A DNA stretch of 64,000 nucleotides from contig JBJBDL010000003.1 of NCBI GenBank assembly GCA_047285305.1, forward strand, positions 192,001-256,000, written 5' to 3'. Below are positions 7,386 through 16,716 of the stretch, piece after piece. Position numbers and translations under genes: made by a program. Each line of letters starts with the position of its first letter. The first letter of the stretch is position 1. Below the pieces are notes generated by a model. That model did no database searches and was not told the origin of the DNA. It saw nothing but the letters and a program-made list of their open reading frames with translations. The stretch is from Synechococcus sp. Its GTDB lineage: Bacteria; Cyanobacteriota; Cyanobacteriia; PCC-6307; Cyanobiaceae.

Positions 7386-8864
7386 TCAAGCCGTGACTGA
7401 ACCCGCTGCCCAGCTCCCGTGCAGACCATGGGGAACGGCCAACGGCAGCTCAAGCACCGCCACCTCCGACAGATCACGGGCGTTGAGGATCACTAGATCA
7501 GATGCGGCCCGGGCCCCGTTCCACACCAGATCGAGCACCCAACCGTCGTCCTCTGCCTCAGCACGGGGATGACGCACCATCAACGGCTCACTCACAAAGC
7601 CCCTGGGCGCCGCACTCCAGGTGTGGGTCTCCCCGGAATCCAGATCAAGTTTCTGGATGGCCTGCAACGGATCGTTGCCCCTCTCCCGCTCCGCCACCGC
7701 CATCCAGGCGAAGCGGGCGCTGAGGCCCTGACGCTCAGGGTTGACCATGGCGAACTCACAGGTGCGCTCGCTGATCCGCTCGGTCTGCACCGATTCCCGA
7801 CTGAGGTCGAGGCGGCAACGATGCAGGATTCCCTCCGGCACCGTGTCGAAATTCACCTCAGCGAAATCCTCATCAGGTCCGATGGACGGAAAATCGTCGT
7901 AGACGATGCTCTCCACCACAACGTGATCGCCATCCTCAAAGGCATTGAGGTGATGAAAGACGAAACCGTCGGGAGCTTCGAGGATGCGGGGTTTCTGACC
8001 AGCGAAGCGTCCGGAATCGCGGGGAATTAGCCAGAAACGCCCCTTGCCGCCGGGTTGAGATGCCAGGCACTGGGCCGCACCCTTTTCGCCGGTCACAAAC
8101 GGCAAGGGATTGAAGGCGATGGCGTTCTGGAGGAACACCGCCCAGTTGGGGGTGATGGCGAAGTCGTGGAGAAAGGCGAAGCCGGGGAAGCTGTCGGAAC
8201 GGTCATGCAGCAAGGCGCCGGCCTCCGGGCCATCGGTGGCGAACTCCATCAGACGGATGGTGCTGCGGGGCCCGGTCTTAACGCCGAAGGTGACCATGCA
8301 TGGCCGTCCGTTGTGACCAGGGTCGAAGCGGGGGTGGGCACTAAAGGCCTCGCCCTTTTTCAACACACCATCGAGGCGTGACAGGCCGCGGGTCTCCAGG
8401 CTGCGGGGATCGAGCGCATGGGGTTCCGCCGCCTCCCAGAGGGCCAACAGCTGATCACCCAGACGCACCACGTTGGTGTTGGCGATGTTCTTCAAGCGCA
8501 GGTCAAAGGCGTTGGCCAGCCGACCACCGGGCTTCTGACTGCCGAACACGCCTCGATAGAGCACCTTGCCGGCCTTCTCCTCCGCCAGCCAACCCTCAGT
8601 ACGCACAAAACGGTTGCTGAGGCAGACGCTGCCGTTCTCAAACCGCATCGCCGCGATCATGCCATCGCCATCGAAGGGGTGATGCACGCGATGCCCGTCC
8701 CGCTCAAGACGCCCGGGGCCATTGCGATAGAACGTGCCCTTAAGTTCGGCAGGAACCACGCCACGCACCGGCGTCAGCGCCACGTCGGCTAGTTCCTGCT
8801 CAACGTTTACAAAGGCGCTGGCCCAGTCGCTGCGGTCGTAGCTGCGGGCGGGGGCGACGGTCAC
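7386..8864 (-). CDS. Carotenoid oxygenase family (apocarotenoid oxygenase-like)
   Basis: YRNGPG, HPFDGDG, iron-binding His motifs FSAHP, FLHDF, FHH and PHGLHGSW; EDDGW. Confidence 0.92.
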   Translation of the reverse strand: MTVAPARSYDRSDWASAFVNVEQELADVALTPVRGVVPAELKGTFYRNGPGRLERDGHRVHHPFDGDGMIAAMRFENGSVCLSNRFVRTEGWLAEEKAGKVLYRGVFGSQKPGGRLANAFDLRLKNIANTNVVRLGDQLLALWEAAEPHALDPRSLETRGLSRLDGVLKKGEAFSAHPRFDPGHNGRPCMVTFGVKTGPRSTIRLMEFATDGPEAGALLHDRSDSFPGFAFLHDFAITPNWAVFLQNAIAFNPLPFVTGEKGAAQCLASQPGGKGRFWLIPRDSGRFAGQKPRILEAPDGFVFHHLNAFEDGDHVVVESIVYDDFPSIGPDEDFAEVNFDTVPEGILHRCRLDLSRESVQTERISERTCEFAMVNPERQGLSARFAWMAVAERERGNDPLQAIQKLDLDSGETHTWSAAPRGFVSEPLMVRHPRAEAEDDGWVLDLVWNGARAASDLVILNARDLSEVAVLELPLAVPHGLHGSWAAGSVTA

Positions 8865-8924
8865 GGGCGAACGATCAACGTTTGCCCATCTTCTCGTAAC
8901 GGACTGTGAAGCGCGGAGCCGAGC

Positions 8925-9533
8925 TCAGCTGGCGCCGGCCTGCTCCAGCACCCCTTTGCTACTGGGGATGGCGCCGGCCCGGCGTGGATCCAACTCCGTA
9001 GCCATGCGCAGGGCCCGGGCAAAGGCCTTGAAACAGGCTTCAACGATGTGGTGGGAGTTGGCCCCATCCAGCTGACGGATATGGAGGGTCATCCCACTGT
9101 TGTTGACCACCGCCACGAAGAACTCCTTCACCAGCTCGGTGTCGTACATGCCGATCTTCTGGCTGGGAATCGCCAGGCTGTAGCTGAGTTGGGGGCGTCC
9201 GGAGCAGTCCAGGGCCACCTGCACCAGGGCCTCGTCCAACGGTGCCACGAAGTGACCGAAGCGATGGATGCCGCGCCGGTCCCCCAGGGCCTGAGCAAGG
9301 GCCTGCCCCACAGCAATCCCCACATCCTCATTGGTGTGGTGATCATCAATGTGGGTGTCTCCCACCGCATTGATCTCCAGATCGATCAGGCCGTGGCTGC
9401 TGATCTGATGAAGCATGTGGTCGAGAAACGGAACACCGGTGCTGGCCTGGCACTGGCCGGAGCCGTCCAGATCCAGACGCACCTTCACATCGGTTTCACC
9501 GGTGACCCGATGGATCGTTCCCTGACGTGCCAT
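8925..9533 (-). CDS. hisB: Imidazoleglycerol-phosphate dehydratase
   Basis: [38 protein letters not shown]. Confidence 0.97.
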   Translation of the reverse strand: MARQGTIHRVTGETDVKVRLDLDGSGQCQASTGVPFLDHMLHQISSHGLIDLEINAVGDTHIDDHHTNEDVGIAVGQALAQALGDRRGIHRFGHFVAPLDEALVQVALDCSGRPQLSYSLAIPSQKIGMYDTELVKEFFVAVVNNSGMTLHIRQLDGANSHHIVEACFKAFARALRMATELDPRRAGAIPSSKGVLEQAGAS

Positions 9534-9562
9534 CACCCGAGCTTCAGTGCCCTCATCGTGCC

Positions 9563-10345
9563 TCACATTCCGGTGACGCAGTACCCCGCATCCACGTAGA
9601 TGGTCTGACCGGAGATGCCGCTGGCCAGATCGCTGAGCAGGAAGGCAGCGGTACCACCCACTTCCATCTGGGTGACGGTGCGGCGCAGGGGAGCCTTCTC
9701 CTCCACGTTGTGAATCATGTCAAGAATGCCGCCGATTGCGGAACTGGCCAGGGTGCGGATCGGGCCAGCACTAATGGCGTTGACGCGAACCTGCTTTTCG
9801 GGGCCCAACTCTGCCGCCAGGTAGCGAACGGACGCCTCCAGAGCAGCCTTGGCGACGCCCATCACGTTGTAGTTGGGGATTGCCCGCTCAGCACCGAGGT
9901 ACGAGAGCGTGATTACACCGGCCTTCACGCTGAACAGCGGCTTGGCATGGGCGCAAAGGGGAGCCAGGGAATAAGCGCTGATGTCGAGGGAACGGGCAAA
10001 ACCTTCAGCGGTCGTGGCGCTGTAGTCACCGATTAGCTCTTCCTTGCCGGCAAAGGCCAGGCAGTGCACCAGACCGTCGAGAACGCCCCACTTCTCCTTG
10101 ATCTCGCCGAAGACCTCAGCCATCTGGTCGGCATCCTGCACATTCAGAGGCAGGAACAGGCTGGGCTCCAGAGGAGCGGTGAGTTCGCGCACCTTGGCCT
10201 CGAAGCGGCCCTTGTCGTCAGGCAGGTAAGTGATGCCGAGTTCGGCACCGGCTGCCTTCAGCTGCTGAGCGATGCCCCAGGCTATCGAACGGTTGTTGGC
10301 GATGCCGGTGACGAGAATCTTCTTGCCGGTGAGATCAAGCAGCAT
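9563..10345 (-). CDS. fabI: Enoyl-ACP reductase
   Basis: [33 protein letters not shown]. Confidence 0.97.
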   Translation of the reverse strand: MLLDLTGKKILVTGIANNRSIAWGIAQQLKAAGAELGITYLPDDKGRFEAKVRELTAPLEPSLFLPLNVQDADQMAEVFGEIKEKWGVLDGLVHCLAFAGKEELIGDYSATTAEGFARSLDISAYSLAPLCAHAKPLFSVKAGVITLSYLGAERAIPNYNVMGVAKAALEASVRYLAAELGPEKQVRVNAISAGPIRTLASSAIGGILDMIHNVEEKAPLRRTVTQMEVGGTAAFLLSDLASGISGQTIYVDAGYCVTGM

Positions 10346-10428
10346 CGGGACAGACCGGAACGGGTTGAATTCGCGCGATTCTCCCCCATCCCCCGCCAAG
10401 ATCACCGCTCCTTTGCTGACAAAGGCCG

Positions 10429-11340
10429 GTGCCCAGCGCTGCGTCACCCCCGATCAACGGCGACCTGCCGCGGCAATTCGCGTCCCGCGATGCCCTCAAC
10501 ACCCTGTTGGCGCAAGAGTTCCCAGGGGCGGAAGGAGATCTCAGCCCGATCCGCGGTGGGCGTGAGGCAGCCGAAGACAAACTGCGGCACATTGACGCAA
10601 GGCGCTACGCCAAAAGTCGCAATCACCTCAAAGGCGCGGTCACCGGACTGTCGCCCTACATCCGCCACGGCGTGTTGACCCTCGCGGAGGTGCGCGATTC
10701 AGTTTTTGCTCGGATCCGCAACCGCGATGAGGGCGGCAAGTTGATCAACGAACTCGGCTGGCGGGACTTCTGGCAACGGATGTGGCTCGAGCTGGGGGAT
10801 GGCATCCATGACGATCAGGAACCGTTCAAAACGGGCCATGACGCCGGGGCCTATGCCCGTGAGCTGCCGGCCGATGTGCGCGCAGGGAGCACGGGGCTGG
10901 CCTGCATGGATGGCTTCCGCGATCAACTGGTGACGACTGGCTGGCTTCACAACCACGCCCGAATGTGGATGGCAGCCTGGCTCGTGCACTGGCGACGGGT
11001 CCACTGGAAGGCCGGAGCCGACTGGTTTCTTGAGCACCTGCTGGATGGCGACCCGGCCAGCAACCATCTGAGCTGGCAGTGGGTGGCCAGCACCTTCAGC
11101 CACAAGCCCTATTTCTTCAACCGCGGCAACCTGGAGCGCTACAGCGACGGGAGCTACTGCGAAAGCTGCCCCAGTGCGAACAACTGCCCATTCGAAGGCA
11201 GCTACGACCAACTGGAGAACCAGCTTTTCGCCCCGATGCCAGCCATTCGGGAGACCGGCAACAACCGCAACCAGCAGCGCAACCGCCAACGCCAGAGCAG
11301 CGGAGGCGCCAGTGCCGCCCTGGCCCGTCCCGAGCGATAA
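10429..11340 (+). CDS. Photolyase FAD-binding-domain protein (one half of a split photolyase)
   Basis: LSPYIRHGVL, ELGWRDFW, GWLHNHARMW, LLDGDPASNHLSWQW. Lacks the N-terminal antenna domain. Confidence 0.85.
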   Translation: MPSAASPPINGDLPRQFASRDALNTLLAQEFPGAEGDLSPIRGGREAAEDKLRHIDARRYAKSRNHLKGAVTGLSPYIRHGVLTLAEVRDSVFARIRNRDEGGKLINELGWRDFWQRMWLELGDGIHDDQEPFKTGHDAGAYARELPADVRAGSTGLACMDGFRDQLVTTGWLHNHARMWMAAWLVHWRRVHWKAGADWFLEHLLDGDPASNHLSWQWVASTFSHKPYFFNRGNLERYSDGSYCESCPSANNCPFEGSYDQLENQLFAPMPAIRETGNNRNQQRNRQRQSSGGASAALARPER

Positions 11341-11355
11341 GCAGGAGAGTCCTCA

Positions 11356-11796
11356 ATGACCTTTCAACGCCCGATCATCTGGATTCACGAGGAGGGCCTC
11401 GGTGTCAAAAACCCAGCGCTGCAGGCCTGGCCCCAGGCACCAGCGGTGTTCGTGTTCGACACCCGCTGGATCCAAGAGGCACGAATCAGCCGCAAACGGC
11501 TCGGCTTCCTCTACGAAAACGCCCTTGACCTTCCCCTCACCCTGCGCAAGGGAAATGTGGCCACTGAAGTTCTGGCCTTTGCCCGTCGCCATCAGGCCGA
11601 TGGTGTGCTGAGCAGCAGCGCAGTGGATCCACGCCTGAAGCGGATCTGCGAGGCCATCGATGCAGAACTGCCGCTTGAACTGCTGGATCCCGAACCGTTC
11701 GTGTCGCTGCCGCGGCCACCCCGACTGGGGCGGTTCAGCCGCTACTGGCGCGACGCCGAAGCGATGGTGTGGGAGGGCTACTCACCAGCCCGTTGA
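11356..11796 (+). CDS. Photolyase N-terminal (antenna)-domain-like protein
   Basis: IIWIHEE.L...NPAL, AVFVFD, KRLGFLYE, RFSRYW resemble the photolyase alpha/beta domain. AGGAG RBS upstream. Confidence 0.7.
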   Translation: MTFQRPIIWIHEEGLGVKNPALQAWPQAPAVFVFDTRWIQEARISRKRLGFLYENALDLPLTLRKGNVATEVLAFARRHQADGVLSSSAVDPRLKRICEAIDAELPLELLDPEPFVSLPRPPRLGRFSRYWRDAEAMVWEGYSPAR

Positions 11797-12296
11797 TCCA
11801 TCAGCAGCTGCCGGGCCCGCTTCAATTCTTCCACGGGATTGGTGAGCAGGTCTTCCTCCTCGAGTGAGGGCAGCTGCACGGGAACCACCTGATTGTCGTT
11901 GCGGGGCGGCTCGATCCACTGCCAGCGGTCTTGCGGAGCGCGCACCTGGCACAGAGCTTTCAGCTCGCTCTTCAACAGGCCACGCACATCGCGCCGGGCG
12001 ACGGCATCAAAAAACTCCTCACGGGTCGCCAGCCCGGAACTGAACGGTGTGGATCCATTGCCGTTGAACAGGCGCGCTGGATCAGGCAGCCATCGGGGAC
12101 GACACACCCCCGGGAAGCTGGTGTCTGTCTCCAGATAAATGTGGAGCCCGTAGCCATCGGGCTGATTGACCACAGCCACCCCGTCATGGGGGGAATGGCG
12201 GTCTAGAGGAAACAAGCGCCAGCTGGGCAGTTCCTTTGGAGCAGCGCAGGCCCCCAGCAGCAGGGCTACTCCCCAAAGCAGTCGCAGGAGCGGCAT
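11778..12296 (-). CDS. Conserved hypothetical lipoprotein
   Basis: Signal peptide with lipobox LLGAC. Fills the gap between oppositely oriented genes. Confidence 0.65.
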   Translation of the reverse strand: MPLLRLLWGVALLLGACAAPKELPSWRLFPLDRHSPHDGVAVVNQPDGYGLHIYLETDTSFPGVCRPRWLPDPARLFNGNGSTPFSSGLATREEFFDAVARRDVRGLLKSELKALCQVRAPQDRWQWIEPPRNDNQVVPVQLPSLEEEDLLTNPVEELKRARQLLMDQRAGE

Positions 12297-12353
12297 CCAT
12301 CACCACCGGAGGTGGCCATCCTGAAGCAGATTCGACGCATCTGCCTGCGCCTT

Positions 12354-12938
12354 ATGGCCCTGACACCATCCACGATGCTGGCGCTGGGCACAGGCCTGCC
12401 TGATTTTGATCTTCCCCAGGTCACCGGCGGTCGGCTGAACAGCACTTCCCTGGACCAACGGCCCGTGCTGCTGATGGTGCTTTGTGCCCATTGCCCATTT
12501 GTGAAACATGTGGAGCCCGAGATCACTCGGCTGGACCAAGACTTCAGCAATGCGGTGCAGCTGGTGGGCGTCAGCAGCAACAGCCTGATCACCCACCCCC
12601 AGGATGGGCCAGAACAACTGGCAGATCAGGCCAGGCACCACGGCTGGAGCTTCCCTTACCTGCTGGATGAGCAGCAAACCCTGGCCCGAGCTCTCAGGGC
12701 CGCCTGCACGCCGGAGCTCTACCTGTTTTCAGCCGATGGCGAAGGCCTGCAGAGCCTGCGCTATCGCGGCCAATTGGACGGCAGCCGACCCGGCAACGAT
12801 CAGCCCCTAGATGGTCGCGACCTGCGGGCCGCCCTCGAGGCCGTGCTGACGGGATCTTTGGTGAATCCAGACCAGACCGCCTCGGCGGGCTGCAATGTGA
12901 AGTGGCACCCCGGACACGAGCCGGAGTGGTTCAGCTGA
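12354..12938 (+). CDS. Thioredoxin-like/AhpC-TSA family protein
   Basis: PDFDL, CAHCPFV, FPYLLDE, ACTPE, YRGQLD, GCNVKW. Confidence 0.88.
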   Translation: MALTPSTMLALGTGLPDFDLPQVTGGRLNSTSLDQRPVLLMVLCAHCPFVKHVEPEITRLDQDFSNAVQLVGVSSNSLITHPQDGPEQLADQARHHGWSFPYLLDEQQTLARALRAACTPELYLFSADGEGLQSLRYRGQLDGSRPGNDQPLDGRDLRAALEAVLTGSLVNPDQTASAGCNVKWHPGHEPEWFS

Positions 12939-12957
12939 GCCACTTAAGCTTTGCTTT

Positions 12958-14199
12958 ATGCAGGTATCTCCCTTCAGCCTCAGCCAACAGATCGACGATC
13001 TCGGTGTGGACCTCGAAGAGGCGGTGCTCGAGGTGTTGCGCAGCGGTCAGTACATCGGTGGACCGCAAATCAAACGCTTCGAGGAAGCCTTTGCCGCCAG
13101 CGTGGGCTGCGAGCACGCCGTGGGCTGCAACAGCGGCACCGACGCTCTGATCCTGGCCCTGCGCGGCTTGGGCATTGGCGCCGGCGATGAGGTGATCACC
13201 TGCTCGTTCAGTTTTTTCGCCACAGCTGAGGCCATCAGCGCCGTTGGCGCCACGCCTGTGTTCGTCGATGTCGACCCCAGCACCTACCTGATCGATTTCG
13301 AGCAGATCGAAGCCGCAATCACTCCCGCCACCAGGGCCCTGATGCCGGTGCACCTGTTCGGGCGTGCGGTAAACATGACGCGGCTGATGGCCATTGCCGA
13401 ACACCATCAGCTCAAGGTGATCGAAGACTGCGCCCAGGCAACAGGAGCCCGTTGGAATGGCCAGGCCGTGGGCAGCTTCGGCGATGTGGGCTGCTTCAGC
13501 TTCTTCCCCACCAAGAACCTCGGCGCGGCGGGAGATGGCGGTGCCGTCACCGCCAGCGATGCCCAACTGGCCCAGGCCATGCGTGAGCTGGCCGTGCACG
13601 GCATGCCCGAGCGCTACCTGCACACCAGCCTTGGCTACAACAGCCGGCTGGATGCGATCCAGGCGGCGGTGTTGAACGTGAAGCTGCCAAGGCTGGAGGA
13701 GTGGATCGGCAAACGAACAGCCATCGCCAAGCGTTACCGGGATGCCCTTGGCGATCTCAACGGCCTCACCCTGCCAACAGCCGACGACGGCCACAGCTGG
13801 AACCAATTCGTGGTGCGCATCGGCAATTGCACCACCGGCCAGCCGCTCTGCAACGCCAGCTGCAACCCCTCCAAAACCAGTGCACGCCACGGCATCCCCG
13901 AGAGCTGCTGCCGCGACTGGGTTAAGCAGACCCTGCAAGAGCGTGGGGTGAGCACGATCATCTACTACCCAATTCCAATCCACCGGCAGCCGGCCTACGC
14001 CCATCTGGGCTTGAAACAGGGCTCCTTACCGGTGACGGAACAGCTCTGCAGCCAGGTGCTGAGCCTGCCGATCTTCCCTGAGTTAAATGACCGGCAGCAA
14101 GAGGCTGTGATCGACACGGTGCGCCAGCTGCTGGCACCCAATGTGCCGTCCCAGCTCCGTAGTGCCGACGAAGGCGATCAGAACCGGATGGTGGCGTAG
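12958..14199 (+). CDS. DegT/DnrJ/EryC1/StrS PLP-dependent aminotransferase
   Basis: NSGTDAL, PVHLFG, IEDCAQA, FSFFPTKNLGAAGDGG, GYNSRLD, LSLPIFP. Confidence 0.93.
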   Translation: MQVSPFSLSQQIDDLGVDLEEAVLEVLRSGQYIGGPQIKRFEEAFAASVGCEHAVGCNSGTDALILALRGLGIGAGDEVITCSFSFFATAEAISAVGATPVFVDVDPSTYLIDFEQIEAAITPATRALMPVHLFGRAVNMTRLMAIAEHHQLKVIEDCAQATGARWNGQAVGSFGDVGCFSFFPTKNLGAAGDGGAVTASDAQLAQAMRELAVHGMPERYLHTSLGYNSRLDAIQAAVLNVKLPRLEEWIGKRTAIAKRYRDALGDLNGLTLPTADDGHSWNQFVVRIGNCTTGQPLCNASCNPSKTSARHGIPESCCRDWVKQTLQERGVSTIIYYPIPIHRQPAYAHLGLKQGSLPVTEQLCSQVLSLPIFPELNDRQQEAVIDTVRQLLAPNVPSQLRSADEGDQNRMVA

Positions 14200-15611
14200 A
14201 GAGCTTTAAACCGAGCCTGCTGCTTCTTGTGATCCACCAGAGGTTCGGGATAGTCGCGCCGTTCCAGGGCTCCGATCTCACCACTGAGCAGATCTTTTGT
14301 GTTCACATGGCGGAGCTCCGGCACCCACTGGCGGATGTAATCACCGGCTGAATCGAATTTGGAGGCCTGGGTGGCGGGGTTGAAGATACGCAGGGGCTTG
14401 GGGTCCATGCCACTGCTTGCGCTCCACTGCCAACCACCATTGTTCGCGGCCAGGTCACCGTCCACCTCAAGTTCCATGAAGGCGCGCTCGCCCCAGCGCC
14501 AGTCGCAGATCAGGTCTTTGACCAGATAGGAGGCCACGATCATTCGGCAGCGATTGTGCATCCAGCCGGTCTGGTTGAGCTGGCGCATGGCGGCATCGAT
14601 GATCGGCATGCCGGTCTGCCCCTCCTTCCAGAAGTCGAACCAGTCCTCGTTGTTCTCCCAGGGGAAGCGGCGCCACTGCTCGCGGTAGGGTCCATCGGCC
14701 AGTTCCGGGAAATGAAAAAGAGCCTGCTGGTAAAACTCTCGCCAGCCCAGCTCCTGCTCCCACACTGCAATAGCCTGCAAGTGCTCCTCGCTGCGGGCTC
14801 GTTCGCGGGAGTCCTGGGCGGCACACCAGGCCTGGCGCGGACTGAGCGTGCCGACGCTCAAGGCAGCGCTGAGGTAAGAGGTGCCTGAGGTACCGGGGAA
14901 ATTACGGTCTGGCTCATAGCCGAGCAGCGGCCCATCACAGAAGCTGTTGAGTTGGGCCAGCGCCGCCGCTTCTCCAGGGCGACAGGGGCAGATCGCGGCG
15001 CCCTTGAAACCATGGCTCTCCCGGAGAGCCTCCAGGGACTCAAGAGCCGGCAGCTGAGCAGGATCAAGATCCACCAGCCCGGTGGGGGCCGCAACAGTGC
15101 TGGGTTGCTTGGCCAGCACCTGGCCGCGCCAGTTGCGCAGGAACGGGCCATAGACGCGGTATGGGGCACCACCACCGGTCTTGAGCAGCTCCGGAGCGAT
15201 CAGCAGCTGATCCCAATCCACCACCACCTTGCGGCCATCGGCCTGCAGTTTTTTGGCCACCTGGCGGTCCCGCTCACGGGCATAGGGCTCCACATCGCGG
15301 TTCCACACCACAGCTTCGGCACCGATCTGCTGCGCCAGCTGCGGCAATACCGCCGTCGGATCTCCTTTGACGACCAGCAATCGGCTACCGGCCTCCCGCC
15401 AGCGCTGCTGCAGTTCCACCAGGCTCTCGATCAGAAACCACAGCCGGGCCGGCGCCATCGGCGGCAGATGGTCAGGCGGGTTGATCAGCTGCGGGTCGAG
15501 CACGTACACCCCTGTTACCGCCGGACTGATGTCCGTAGCAGCCACCAAACCAAGGTTGTCCGCCAGGCGCAGGTCGCGGCGGTGCCAGAACAGAACGCGA
15601 GGGCTGGTCAT
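14178..15611 (-). CDS. phrA: Deoxyribodipyrimidine (CPD class I) photolyase
   Basis: WHRRDLRLADN, TSYLS, WREFY, GWMHNRCRM, DGDLAANNGGWQW, RIFNP. Confidence 0.93.
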   Translation of the reverse strand: MTSPRVLFWHRRDLRLADNLGLVAATDISPAVTGVYVLDPQLINPPDHLPPMAPARLWFLIESLVELQQRWREAGSRLLVVKGDPTAVLPQLAQQIGAEAVVWNRDVEPYARERDRQVAKKLQADGRKVVVDWDQLLIAPELLKTGGGAPYRVYGPFLRNWRGQVLAKQPSTVAAPTGLVDLDPAQLPALESLEALRESHGFKGAAICPCRPGEAAALAQLNSFCDGPLLGYEPDRNFPGTSGTSYLSAALSVGTLSPRQAWCAAQDSRERARSEEHLQAIAVWEQELGWREFYQQALFHFPELADGPYREQWRRFPWENNEDWFDFWKEGQTGMPIIDAAMRQLNQTGWMHNRCRMIVASYLVKDLICDWRWGERAFMELEVDGDLAANNGGWQWSASSGMDPKPLRIFNPATQASKFDSAGDYIRQWVPELRHVNTKDLLSGEIGALERRDYPEPLVDHKKQQARFKALYATIRF

Positions 15612-16171
15612 CAGAGGCCGAGAAGCTGCTTGGCACGGAACCAAGCGGTAACGCTTTTGCCATCGAGCCATTCATCGCCCGATGCCAATGCTGCATCCAG
15701 CTGAGCTGGGCTCATCAGCACCACCTCCAGATCTTCGTCGTCATCGCCGGCTGGAGGGTTCTCCAAGGGCGCGAGTTCCCGGGCCAGAAAGCAGTGGATC
15801 ACCTCATCGGAATAGCCCGGGCAAGGAAGCATCGGCCCCAGCACATCCCACTTCGCTGCGCTGTAACCAGCCTCTTCCCCCAGCTCGCGCTGCATTGATT
15901 CCAGAGGATCTTCCCCCTCCTCCAGGGTGCCCGCAGGGAACTCCAGCAGACGGGCCTGCACCGCGAAGCGGTACTGACGAAGCAGCACGACCTGGCCGTC
16001 GTCGGTGATCGGCACCGCCAGGGAGGCGCCGGGGTGGCGGATCATCCCGAAGGTGGCCTCAACCCCCATCGGCAATTTGATCCGGTTGCGCTCGAAACGG
16101 AGCTTGCGAGCGTCCACCACCTCGACGGTGTCCAGCAGCTCAAAAGGCTCCGGGGCCGGCAGTGGCGCCAT
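15611..16171 (-). CDS. nudF: NUDIX hydrolase (ADP-ribose pyrophosphatase-like)
   Basis: QYRF, EFPAGTLE, Nudix box RELGEEAGY, PGYSDE. Confidence 0.85.
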   Translation of the reverse strand: MAPLPAPEPFELLDTVEVVDARKLRFERNRIKLPMGVEATFGMIRHPGASLAVPITDDGQVVLLRQYRFAVQARLLEFPAGTLEEGEDPLESMQRELGEEAGYSAAKWDVLGPMLPCPGYSDEVIHCFLARELAPLENPPAGDDDEDLEVVLMSPAQLDAALASGDEWLDGKSVTAWFRAKQLLGL

Positions 16172-16189
16172 GGAATCAGGCGAGAAGGG

Positions 16190-16678
16190 TCACCAGCATG
16201 GCGGGTGAGTGCCCTGCATCGCCTGGAGCAGCGGCTCCAGCACAAAGCTGCGCAGGTGCATCCGCGGGTGGGGAAGCATCAGGTCAGGGTGATCAAGGCG
16301 CAGTTCTCCCCAGAACAAGAGGTCGAGATCAAGGCTTCGAGGGCCCCAGCGCTGCTCTTGAGACCGCTCACGACCAAAGCGCCGTTCAAGCCCATGCAAC
16401 CGCTGCAACAACTCCAGGGCCAACGGTTCAGCGGGCACAAGCGCGAGGCCCTGAACCAGCACCACCGCATTGAGATAATTGGGCTGCTGAACTGGTCCGA
16501 CGGGCTTGGTCTCCCACAGCTGCGACCAGCGGCAGCAGAGGTCTTGACCGGCCCAAGCCCTGAGCAGCTCCTCCAACAAAGGCCGCACCGCCACAAGGGT
16601 CTGGCGCGGCGAACCCGCCGCACTGGGTCGGTTCGCCCCCAGCGCCACCGCAACAGAAGCGTCATAGATGGAGAGCAT
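16190..16678 (-). CDS. folK: 2-amino-4-hydroxy-6-hydroxymethyldihydropteridine diphosphokinase
   Basis: [34 protein letters not shown]. Start is uncertain. Confidence 0.92.
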   Translation of the reverse strand: MLSIYDASVAVALGANRPSAAGSPRQTLVAVRPLLEELLRAWAGQDLCCRWSQLWETKPVGPVQQPNYLNAVVLVQGLALVPAEPLALELLQRLHGLERRFGRERSQEQRWGPRSLDLDLLFWGELRLDHPDLMLPHPRMHLRSFVLEPLLQAMQGTHPPCW

Positions 16679-16716
16679 CAGCGAGACTGGCGCGCACGAA
16701 CGGGCTGAACGCGTCC

